DNA from: Actinomycetes bacterium
GTDB taxonomy: Bacteria; Actinomycetota; Acidimicrobiia; Acidimicrobiales; Bog-793
Length of the DNA: 48,146 nt
Direction of reading: 5' to 3'
Assembly (NCBI GenBank): GCA_021791795.1
Contig: JAJYVX010000005.1
Span: 293-48,438 of the forward strand
Below the pieces are notes generated by a model. The model was not told the origin of the DNA. It did not search any database and was given only the letters and a program-made list of their open reading frames with translations. This document shows, piece after piece, positions 35,196-43,670 of this stretch; within the stretch, counting starts at the first letter, position 1; each line of letters begins with the position of its first letter. A program made the translations under genes and the position numbers.

Positions 35196-36074
35196 ATGGC
35201 ACGACTGCTCCGTCCGGAGACGGTCTCTCAGGCTTTGCGCCTGCTGGCGGATGGCGAGGTGGGCACGAAGCTCGTCGCGGGTGGCACGGCGGTCATGCTC
35301 ATGATGCGGGCCGGGTTGCTCTTCCCCGAGCGGCTCGTCGCCCTCGAGCACGTGGCAGACCTCGACTACGTCGAGGTCGAGCCCGACGCGGTGCGGCTAG
35401 GTGCGCTCACACGCCTGCGGGACCTCGAGCGATCCGTCCCGCTCGCCTCGGCGCTTCCGACGCTCGCGCGTGCGATCGGCTTCGTGGCCAACCACCGCGT
35501 CCGCAACAGGGCGACCATCGGGGGATGCCTCAGCGAGGCTGACTACGCCTCTGACCCTCCGGCGGTGCTCGCGAGCCTCGGGGCACGCGTGCGCTTGCGG
35601 AGCGTCCGGGGCGAACGGGAGGTCCCCGTCACCGACTTCCTCGTCGGCTACTACGAGACCGTGCTCGAGCACGACGAGCTTCTCACCGAGGTCGTCATCC
35701 CCCGGCCCGGGCCCCGGGTCCGAACGACCTACCTCAAGTACGTGAGCCGCTCGGCGGAGGACAGACCGTGCGTGGGCGTGGCGGCATACGTAGATGCCGA
35801 CGAGTCGGGCCGGACCGAAGAGGTCCGTGTGGCCGTCGGCGCCGCGACCGCAAACCCCTTCATGCTCGGCGACGTCGCGCAGATGCTCGGCGGTGGCCCC
35901 CTCGACGCGGGCGCCTGCCGGGCCGTGGGAGAGGCCTACGAGCGCGCGATCGAGCCGATCGGCGACGTCCGGGGCTCTTCGGACTACCGGCGCAAGGTGA
36001 CCGGCCGTCTCGTCGCAAGGGCGCTCGAGACAACCGCTCTCTCCGGCCACGGCAACGGGGCATTCCGGCTGTGA
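35196..36074 (+). CDS. FAD-binding (CoxM/XdhB-like) medium subunit (enzyme 2)
   Basis: A GAAGGGAGGGGG SD precedes the start. Contains KLVAGGTAVMLMMRAGL, NHRVRNRATIGGCL and DVRGSSDYRRKV. Confidence 0.9.
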   Translation: MARLLRPETVSQALRLLADGEVGTKLVAGGTAVMLMMRAGLLFPERLVALEHVADLDYVEVEPDAVRLGALTRLRDLERSVPLASALPTLARAIGFVANHRVRNRATIGGCLSEADYASDPPAVLASLGARVRLRSVRGEREVPVTDFLVGYYETVLEHDELLTEVVIPRPGPRVRTTYLKYVSRSAEDRPCVGVAAYVDADESGRTEEVRVAVGAATANPFMLGDVAQMLGGGPLDAGACRAVGEAYERAIEPIGDVRGSSDYRRKVTGRLVARALETTALSGHGNGAFRL

Positions 36075-38485
36075 GCGGGACTCTCGACGACTCGGGGGCA
36101 GCCGACTCGAGGGCAGGCGACTCGAGGGCAGCGGTGCCGGTCGCCGTCGGTGCCGCCGTCGGCCAGAGCATCGACGTCCTGCAGGCGAGGTCGCGGGTCG
36201 ACGGCACGGTCGAGTTCGCCCTCAACGCCGAGGTGCCCGGCATGACCCATGCAAGGCTGCTGCGCAGCCCCTACGCCCACGCGCGCATCGTCTCCATGGA
36301 CGTCAGCGCGGCCGAGAGGCTGCCTGGTGTCGTCTCGGTGCTCACGGCTGCGGACTTCGACCGGCCCGGCGCCCCTCACCGCTACCACGGGCCGGTCGTG
36401 AGGGATCAACCGGTGGTTTGTGGGAGGAGGGTGCGTTTCGCCGGGGATCCGGTCGCAGCCGTGGCGGCCGAGTCAGAGGAGATCGCTACGGCGGCCCTCG
36501 ATCGCATCGAAGTCGTCTACGAGGAGCTGCCCCGGGTGACCACCGTCGAGGAGGCCATGGCAGACGGAGCGCCTCTCGTCCACGACCGGCCGCCCGAGGT
36601 GCGCGACCACGGCTACGCCGACGTCCGGCTCGCAGGTGTGGGGGGCAACGTCTGCACGAAGTTCCAGCTGCGAAAGGGCGACGTCGATGCCGCCCTTGCC
36701 GGGTCCGACGTGGTCGTCGACCGCACCTACCACACTCCGGCAGTGCAGCACGTGACGATGGAGCCACACGTGGTGCTCGCCACCTACGACCGGCGGGCCT
36801 GTGCCCTCTCGGTGCTGAGCAGCACGCAGGGGCCGTTCGCCGTGCGTGACGCCCTCTGCGAGATGTTCCGCCTCCCGAGCTCCTCGGTGAGAGTCGTCGT
36901 CCCCCCGCTCGGGGGTGGCTACGGGGCGAAGACCTACGCCAAGTTCGAGCCGGTGGCCGCTGCGCTCTCCTGGAAGGCGGGGCGACCGGTGAAGCTCGTG
37001 CTGCCGCGCGACGAGGACTTCCTCTCGCTCACCAAGCACGCGGCGACGATCCGGATGCGGACAGGCGCCACCTTCGAGGGACGCCTCGTCGCGCGGGACG
37101 TCCAGATCTTCTTCAACGGCGGGGCGTATGCCGACATCAGCCCTCGTCTCATCAAGAACGGCGGCTACAGCTGTGTCGGCCCCTACGACATCCCCCACGT
37201 CCGCATCGACTCCTACGCTCTCTACACCAACCTCCCTCCTGCCGGCGCCTACCGCGGCTACGGCGTATCGCAGGCCGCGTGGGCCTACGAGCAGCAGATG
37301 GACGAGCTCGCCGACGTGCTCGGCATCGACCCCGTCGAGCTAAGGCGGCGCAACCTGCTCGTAAAGGGCGAGGCGTACGCGACCGGCGAGATCATGGACG
37401 AGGCGCACTGGGAGGCCCTGCTCGACAAGGCGGCGGCTGCCGTCGACTGGTCCCCCGATTCGCGGAGAGGCACGGGACCTTCTGGTCGGCTCCGGGGGAA
37501 GGGAGTTGCCGTCATCCTCAAGTCCACCGTCACGCCGTCCACGACGCATGCGGCGGTCCGTCTCGACGCCGACGGCACCATGCAGGTGTTCAGCTCGGCG
37601 GTGGAGATGGGGCAGGGCGCCCATACGGTGCTCGCCCAGCTGGCGGCTGACGCGGCGGGCATCCCCGTCGCGAACGTGCACGTGACCGCCCCCGACACCC
37701 AGTACACGCCTTACGACCAGACGACGAGCTCGAGCCGGACCACGCGCGCCATGGGCGGGGCGGTAACGAAGGCGGCTCGTGTCGTGCGTGACCGCGTCAG
37801 GCGCCTCGCCTCCGAGTTGCTCGAGGCCGACCCCGACGACCTCGTGGTCTCCGGCGGTACGGTCTTCGTCGCCGGCGTGCCCTCACGGAACCTCTCGGTC
37901 GCCGAGGTCTGCTATAGGACGAGGACCGGCAGCATCAGCGGCGACGGCGACGTCGTCACCTCCGGCGGACTCGACCCCGAGACGGGTCAGGGTGTGGCGA
38001 GCGACCACTGGCACGAGGGGGCGGCGTCCGCCGAGGTGGAGATAGATCCGGCGACCGGCAAGGTCTACGTGACCAACCTCTACGTGGCGGCATATGCGGG
38101 CCGCGTCGTCAACCCGAAGCTCGCCCGCCTGCAGATGCACGGAAGCGCTCTCTTCGGGATGAGCCACGCCCTGTACGAGGAGCTCGTGTTCGACAACGGC
38201 GTGCTCACCAACCCGAACCTGTCCGAGTACTCGATCGTCTCCATGGGCGACATGCCTCGACACCTCGAGGTCGAGCTCCTCGAGGAGCCCGGCGAGGCGG
38301 GGATCCACGGCCTCGGCGAGACGGGACTGCCTCCGGTGATCGCCGCCCTCGGCAACGCCGTGGCGAGCGCGACCGGGGCGCGGGTGCGGCAACTGCCGAT
38401 GACGCCCGAAAGAGTCCTGCAGGCGATGGAGGCGCGGGGGGCGACGGAGGAGCGGGACGCCTTGAGGGGACTGGAGGAGCGATGA
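36071..38485 (+). CDS. XDH/aldehyde-oxidase/CoxL-family molybdopterin-binding large subunit (enzyme 2)
   Basis: The GTG start overlaps the upstream stop (GTGA). Contains PLGGGYGAKTYAKFEP, PPAGAYRGYGVSQAAWAYEQQMD and SSVEMGQGAHTVLAQ. Confidence 0.9.
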   Translation: MSGTLDDSGAADSRAGDSRAAVPVAVGAAVGQSIDVLQARSRVDGTVEFALNAEVPGMTHARLLRSPYAHARIVSMDVSAAERLPGVVSVLTAADFDRPGAPHRYHGPVVRDQPVVCGRRVRFAGDPVAAVAAESEEIATAALDRIEVVYEELPRVTTVEEAMADGAPLVHDRPPEVRDHGYADVRLAGVGGNVCTKFQLRKGDVDAALAGSDVVVDRTYHTPAVQHVTMEPHVVLATYDRRACALSVLSSTQGPFAVRDALCEMFRLPSSSVRVVVPPLGGGYGAKTYAKFEPVAAALSWKAGRPVKLVLPRDEDFLSLTKHAATIRMRTGATFEGRLVARDVQIFFNGGAYADISPRLIKNGGYSCVGPYDIPHVRIDSYALYTNLPPAGAYRGYGVSQAAWAYEQQMDELADVLGIDPVELRRRNLLVKGEAYATGEIMDEAHWEALLDKAAAAVDWSPDSRRGTGPSGRLRGKGVAVILKSTVTPSTTHAAVRLDADGTMQVFSSAVEMGQGAHTVLAQLAADAAGIPVANVHVTAPDTQYTPYDQTTSSSRTTRAMGGAVTKAARVVRDRVRRLASELLEADPDDLVVSGGTVFVAGVPSRNLSVAEVCYRTRTGSISGDGDVVTSGGLDPETGQGVASDHWHEGAASAEVEIDPATGKVYVTNLYVAAYAGRVVNPKLARLQMHGSALFGMSHALYEELVFDNGVLTNPNLSEYSIVSMGDMPRHLEVELLEEPGEAGIHGLGETGLPPVIAALGNAVASATGARVRQLPMTPERVLQAMEARGATEERDALRGLEER

Positions 38486-38988
38486 CGGAGGGCGGCAAGA
38501 TCACCGTCTCCTGCGTCCTCAACGGCGCCAAGACCGATCTCTGCGGGGAGGCCGCCCAACCGGCGTCCGAAGCGCTTCGCCGTGAGGGGCTGTTCGGGGT
38601 GCGCGAGACCTGCTCGCTCGGTGTCTGCGGCACCTGCACGGTGCTGCTCGACGGCGAACCCGTCAGTGCCTGCATCCTGCCCTTCTACGCTCTTGAGGGG
38701 TCTGAGGTACGCACAGTCGAGGGCCTCGAGTCGGGCGGGCGGCTCAGCGCCCTGCAGCAGCAGTTCATCGAGTCGCAAGCGTTCCAGTGCTCTTTCTGCA
38801 CGCCCGGTTTCCTGCTGAGCGCCGCGGCCCTGCTCGACTCCACCGAGGGGGCGCTCACCGACGAGCAGGTGGAGGAGGGCCTGCAGGGCCATCTCTGCCG
38901 GTGCGGGTGCTACGAGACCGTCAAGGAGGCCGTGCGAGCCGTAGCCGCGAGACGGCACGGTCAGGACGCCGGCCGAGGCGCCCGATGA
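38482..38988 (+). CDS. (2Fe-2S)-binding small subunit (enzyme 2)
   Basis: Contains CSLGVCGTCTVLL and QCSFCTPGFLL...GHLCRCGCY. The start is an ATGA overlap. Confidence 0.9.
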   Translation: MTEGGKITVSCVLNGAKTDLCGEAAQPASEALRREGLFGVRETCSLGVCGTCTVLLDGEPVSACILPFYALEGSEVRTVEGLESGGRLSALQQQFIESQAFQCSFCTPGFLLSAAALLDSTEGALTDEQVEEGLQGHLCRCGCYETVKEAVRAVAARRHGQDAGRGAR

Positions 38989-39983
38989 GCTGGCCGCACC
39001 GGCGCCCGTTCGCTGCCGTCCACGACCGGATCCCCTACTCGCCCATCGTCGACCGTGCGCCGATCGAATGGCCCGGTGGCGCCCTCGTGGCGGTGTGGGT
39101 CGTCCCGAACATCGAGCACTACGAGTACCTGCCTCCGCCGGGCACGGTCGACGCCTACCCCCGCACCCCCCACCCAGACGTGCGCAAGTACGCGTACCAC
39201 GACTACGGCAACCGGGTCGGCTTCTGGCGGATGCTCGAGGTCCTCGACCGCCACTCCGTTCCTTGCACGGTCTCGCTCAATGCGGCAGTGCTCGACCACT
39301 ACCCCGAGGTGGCGGCGGCGATGGTCGAGCGGCAGTGGGAATTCATGAGCCATGGCCTGTACAACACCCGCTACCTCTGGGGGATGAGCCGCGACGAGGA
39401 GCTCGCCTTCCTCCAGCAGTGCAACCGGGTGCTCGAGCGCCACACCGGCCGGCGCTTTGACGGGATGCTCGGCCCGAACATAAGCGCCAGCCCGTGGACC
39501 CCGGATCTCATGGCCGAAGTGGGCATGCGCTACCACGCGGACTGGGTGCACGACGAAAGGCCCACTCCTCTGCTCACGGCAAGCGGACGCCCGATGGTGG
39601 CGCTTCCCTACAGCTACGAGCTGAACGACGCTCCGCTCCTCATGCGAGGCCACGTCGAGGGTCCCGCCTACGCCGAAAGGGCGATGGCCCAGTTCGACCG
39701 CCTCTATGCGGAGGCGGCAACCGCCCGAGCCGGCGCGGGAGCCGGCGCGGGAGCCGCGGGCGGAACCGCCGGGGGCGGACGACTCATGTGCCTCCCGCTC
39801 CACCCCTTCGCCGTCGGCCAACCCCACCGAGTCCGGCACCTCGACAGGCTCCTCGGGCACATCAGGGAGCACGACCGGGTCTTCATGGCGCGGGGCGGGG
39901 AGATCGTCGAGCACTACCTGTCGCACAACTTCGAGGCGGATCTGGCCCAGGCAACCGGCGAGGGGACGAGGCGAGATGGATGA
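38985..39983 (+). CDS. Polysaccharide-deacetylase-fold hydrolase, PuuE (allantoinase)-like, paralog 1
   Basis: WPGGALVAVWVVPNIEHYE, DYGNRVGFWRMLEVLDRHSVPCTVSLNAAVLDHYPE, EFMSHG and ALPYSYELND give the same block order as PuuE-type cyclic-amide hydrolases. The start is an ATGA overlap. Confidence 0.8.
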   Translation: MSWPHRRPFAAVHDRIPYSPIVDRAPIEWPGGALVAVWVVPNIEHYEYLPPPGTVDAYPRTPHPDVRKYAYHDYGNRVGFWRMLEVLDRHSVPCTVSLNAAVLDHYPEVAAAMVERQWEFMSHGLYNTRYLWGMSRDEELAFLQQCNRVLERHTGRRFDGMLGPNISASPWTPDLMAEVGMRYHADWVHDERPTPLLTASGRPMVALPYSYELNDAPLLMRGHVEGPAYAERAMAQFDRLYAEAATARAGAGAGAGAAGGTAGGGRLMCLPLHPFAVGQPHRVRHLDRLLGHIREHDRVFMARGGEIVEHYLSHNFEADLAQATGEGTRRDG

Positions 39984-40923
39984 GGCGGCACGCAACGTCA
40001 TCCCGGCGTCGTCCGACGGAACGAGTGCTGCTCGACCCGGCTACGACCACGACTGGTTCGAGTGGGCTCCGATCCCCGACCGTCCACGGCTCTCCTGGCC
40101 CGACGGTGCCTCGCTCGCCGTGGCGGTGGTCGTCAACCTCACGGCGGTGGAGTGGGAGGCGGACGGACCCGGACCGGTCCCACCGCCGGGCGGCCGGGGC
40201 GTCGGGGCTCATCCTGACTTCCCCCGCATGTCTCACCGGGAGTTCGGCCACCGGGTGGGCGTCTTCCGCCTCCTCGCCATCGCGACGGATCTCGGTCTAC
40301 CGGTCGCGGCGGCCGTGGACGTGCTCACCGCCGAGCACTACCCTTCGCTCCTCGCCCATCTCCTGCCCGCGGCCGACGAGGTGCTCGCAGGGGGACTCAG
40401 CGCCAGCCGACCGGTCACCTCGCTCATGAGCAAGGAGGAGGAAGCCGACTACGTGACGGTCACCCTGGAACGCCTGGAGCGCGCCATCGGCGTCCGCCCG
40501 AGAGGGTGGATCAGCCCGGAGAACAGCCAGTCCGATCGGACGCCGGCCGTGCTCGCCGCCGCAGGGGTCGACTACCTGGCCGACTGGGGCAACGACGACC
40601 AGCCATACCCCTTAAGCGGGCTCGGCGCGGGCCTGTGGTCGTTTCCCCTCTCATGGGAGCTGAGCGACCTCTCCGCCATGTTCCTCCGGGGAGTGAGCCC
40701 GGGCGACTACATGGCGAGCGTGGACGAAGCGGCCGCTGTCCTCTCCGCCGAGGGCGACGCCGGGCCGGGCAGAGTCCTCGGCCTCCATCTGCACCCTTGG
40801 GTGTCCGGGCAGGCGTTTCGCTCCGGCGCAGTCGAGCAGGCACTGACCCGGCTGCGCGAGCGCCCCCGGGTGTGGCTGTCCACTCCCGGCCGGATCGTCG
40901 AGTGGTGCAGAGGGGCGGCGTGA
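39976..40923 (+). CDS. Polysaccharide-deacetylase-fold hydrolase, PuuE-like, paralog 2 (more divergent)
   Basis: WPDGASLAVAVVVNLTAVEWE, EFGHRVGVFRLLAIATDLGLPVAAAVDVLTAEHYP and SFPLSWELSD are present. It overlaps the upstream gene by 8 nt. Confidence 0.75.
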   Translation: MDEAARNVIPASSDGTSAARPGYDHDWFEWAPIPDRPRLSWPDGASLAVAVVVNLTAVEWEADGPGPVPPPGGRGVGAHPDFPRMSHREFGHRVGVFRLLAIATDLGLPVAAAVDVLTAEHYPSLLAHLLPAADEVLAGGLSASRPVTSLMSKEEEADYVTVTLERLERAIGVRPRGWISPENSQSDRTPAVLAAAGVDYLADWGNDDQPYPLSGLGAGLWSFPLSWELSDLSAMFLRGVSPGDYMASVDEAAAVLSAEGDAGPGRVLGLHLHPWVSGQAFRSGAVEQALTRLRERPRVWLSTPGRIVEWCRGAA

Positions 40924-41918
40924 CTCGGCCGCGCATCGCTCTCATGTGCACCGGTGGCACCATCGACTCCCTCGGTGCCTCCCGCCTCGACCTCGCCTGG
41001 TACACCGAGACCGGCCAGAGGCTCGACGACGGCGAGATGCTGGCCGCGCTCCCCGAGCTGAGCGAGTTCGCGGACGTCGAGCAGATCGCCTCTCCTCGCC
41101 GGCCCAGCTACGAGATCACGTCCCGCGACTGGCTCGCCCTTGCAGGCGCGGTCAACGGCCTGCTTGCGAGGCCCGACATCGCCGGGGTGGTGGTCACCCA
41201 CGGGACGAACACGCTCGAAGAGACCGCCTACTTCCTCCATCTCGTGACCGTGCCACCCAAGCCGGTCGTCCTCGTCGGGGCGATGCGGCCGGCCAACGGG
41301 CCCGGCAGCGAGGGGCAGTTGAACCTGCTCCGCGCCGTGCAGGTCGCCGCCGACCCGGCGGCGCGCGGACTCGGGGCCCTCGTCGTCATGAACGACAACA
41401 TCCACGGAGCCCGGGACGTCACGAAGACCCATACGTTCCGGCCGGACACGTTCCGGTCGCCCGATGCCGGACCGCTCGGGATCGCGGATGCCGACGGGAG
41501 GATCGTCTTCTATCACCGCCCCTTTCACCCACCCTCAGGACGCCCCCTATTCGCCGTGGACCAGCTGAGCGACCTGCCCCGGGTCGACGTGGTCGTATCT
41601 CACGTCGGAGCCGACGGAGCTCTCGTCGACGCCGCGGTGGCGGCCGGGTGCAGGGGTCTCGTCAACGCGGGCACTGGAGCCGGCAGGCCGACGGCCGGCG
41701 AGCAGGCCGCAATGGACCGGGCGGCGCAGGCGGGCGTGGTCGTCTGCCAGGCGAGCCGCGTGGGCTCGGGTCGCGTCTCCCGCTCGCCCGGGATGGCGGC
41801 CCGCGGCGTCGTGGCGGCGGACAACCTCCCCGCATGGAAGGCACGTGTGCTGCTCTTGCTCGCCCTCACGAAGACCTCCGACCCGGAGGCCGTCCAGGAC
41901 ATGTTCGACCGCCTGTGA
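40920..41918 (+). CDS. L-asparaginase/glutaminase-family amidohydrolase (type II-like, no signal peptide)
   Basis: Contains IALMCTGGTIDS (the TGGTI catalytic Thr motif), VVVTHGTNTLEETAYFL (HGTDT-like) and VLVGAMRPA. The start is a GTGA overlap. Confidence 0.85.
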   Translation: MTRPRIALMCTGGTIDSLGASRLDLAWYTETGQRLDDGEMLAALPELSEFADVEQIASPRRPSYEITSRDWLALAGAVNGLLARPDIAGVVVTHGTNTLEETAYFLHLVTVPPKPVVLVGAMRPANGPGSEGQLNLLRAVQVAADPAARGLGALVVMNDNIHGARDVTKTHTFRPDTFRSPDAGPLGIADADGRIVFYHRPFHPPSGRPLFAVDQLSDLPRVDVVVSHVGADGALVDAAVAAGCRGLVNAGTGAGRPTAGEQAAMDRAAQAGVVVCQASRVGSGRVSRSPGMAARGVVAADNLPAWKARVLLLLALTKTSDPEAVQDMFDRL

Positions 41919-41967
41919 GACGCTCTCGCTCCGTCCCTCGCTCCCGCCGGCACACGGCAGGCGAGCG

Positions 41968-43656
41968 ATGAGCAAAACCCAGCCTGTGCGCAACACGCTG
42001 CTTACCCTCCTCGACGCCGCTCAGCTGACCGGCTACTACGCGGCGGGCCACTGGCAGGAGGACACCATCTACGCGCTCGTCGCGAGGCGGGCGAGTCTCG
42101 AGCCGGAGAAGGTCGCCGTGCGAGAGGCCGGCCGCCACGTCACCTACGCCGAGCTGGTCGACGCGGCCGACCGCCTGGCCGGAGCACTCGAGGCGGCCGG
42201 CCTTCGACCCGGCCAGCGCGTCGCCGCATGGCTCTCGAGCCGCATCGAGACCGCGGCGGCCGTGCTCGCCTGCTCACGCAACGGCTACGTGTGCTCCCCC
42301 TCGCTGCACCGCGACCACACCGTCGCAGAGGTGACGGACCTGCTCAGCCGCATGCGTGCCGCCGCCCTCGTCGCCGAGAGGGGATACGGAGCCGATGCCG
42401 GCCGCGACGACATCTTCTCTCGCGCAGAAGAGCTCGACACGCTGAGACTGACGCTCGCGGTGCCTCCCCGCGAGGCTTCGAGCGGTGTCCTTCCCGAGAT
42501 CACCGGGCGATCCACCGGCAGGCCTGTCTCGAGTCCGGACACCGTCGTGTACCTCGCCTTCACCTCGGGCACGACCGGGGCACCGAAGGGCGTCATGCAC
42601 TCGGACAACACCCTGCTCGCCCCGGTCCGGGCGCTCGCGGCGGACTGGCAGCTCGGGGCTGACTCGGTCATCTACTCCTTGTCTCCGCTCAGCCACAACC
42701 TAGGTTTCGGGGCGATGATCCTCGCCCTCACCCAGGGGGGGGAGCTCGTCGTCCACGACCTGCCCCGCGGTGCCAGCCTGCTCGACCGCCTCGTAGAGAC
42801 GGGCACCACCTTCATCTTCGGCGTGCCGACGCATGCCATCGACCTCCTCGCCGAGCTGAGGGTGCGCGGGCTCGACCGGGTCGGCGCTGTGAAAGGGTTC
42901 CGCATCTCCGGATCCGCCGTGCCGCCCGCCGTGGCCGAGGGGCTGCTCGCCCACGGCGTCCTGCCGCAGAGCGGATACGGCATGACCGAGGCCGGCTCGC
43001 ACCACTACACGAGGCCGGACGACCCCGCCGAGATCGTCGTGCGCACGTCGGGCCGCGCCTGCGCAGGGTACGAGGTGAGGATCTTCTCGCGCGACGAGCC
43101 CGACCGGGAGCTCCCGAACGGCGAGGTGGGCCAGATCGGTGGTCGTGGCGCCGGGCTGATGCTCGGGTACTTCGACGACCAGACCGGGACGGAGGAGTCG
43201 TTCAACCGCGGGGGCTGGTTTCTCACGGGAGACCTCGGGTGGTTGGACGACGCGGGGAACATCCGGATCACGGGCAGGAAGAAAGACATCATCATCCGCG
43301 GCGGCCACAACATCTTCCCGGCGAAGATCGAGGCGCTCGCCCTCCGCCATCCCGCCCTGGACAAGGCCGCAGCCGTCCCCGTTCCCGACGAGCGCCTGGG
43401 CGAGCGGGTGTGCCTCGTCGTCGTCCTGGAGCCCGGAGCGGTGCTCGAGCCGGACGGTCTGCTCGAGCACCTCGACGAGAGCGGCCTTTCTCGCTACGAC
43501 ATGCCCGAGTACGTGCTCATGCTCGACGAGATCCCGCTCATGCCGTCCGGCAAGATCTTCAAGCGGCGGCTGGTCGAGTGGGTCGAGAGCGGCCGGGTCA
43601 CGCCGACCCCGGTGCGCTTCACGCGGAAGCGGCCCCCCGCAGGCGAGGCAGAGTGA
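41968..43656 (+). CDS. AMP-forming acyl-CoA synthetase/ligase (ANL superfamily)
   Basis: Contains LAFTSGTTGAPKGV, QSGYGMTE, WFLTGDLG, GRKKDIIIRGGHNIFP and the terminal PSGKIFKR. Confidence 0.9.
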   Translation: MSKTQPVRNTLLTLLDAAQLTGYYAAGHWQEDTIYALVARRASLEPEKVAVREAGRHVTYAELVDAADRLAGALEAAGLRPGQRVAAWLSSRIETAAAVLACSRNGYVCSPSLHRDHTVAEVTDLLSRMRAAALVAERGYGADAGRDDIFSRAEELDTLRLTLAVPPREASSGVLPEITGRSTGRPVSSPDTVVYLAFTSGTTGAPKGVMHSDNTLLAPVRALAADWQLGADSVIYSLSPLSHNLGFGAMILALTQGGELVVHDLPRGASLLDRLVETGTTFIFGVPTHAIDLLAELRVRGLDRVGAVKGFRISGSAVPPAVAEGLLAHGVLPQSGYGMTEAGSHHYTRPDDPAEIVVRTSGRACAGYEVRIFSRDEPDRELPNGEVGQIGGRGAGLMLGYFDDQTGTEESFNRGGWFLTGDLGWLDDAGNIRITGRKKDIIIRGGHNIFPAKIEALALRHPALDKAAAVPVPDERLGERVCLVVVLEPGAVLEPDGLLEHLDESGLSRYDMPEYVLMLDEIPLMPSGKIFKRRLVEWVESGRVTPTPVRFTRKRPPAGEAE

Positions 43657-43670
43657 CCGCCTCGGCGGCC

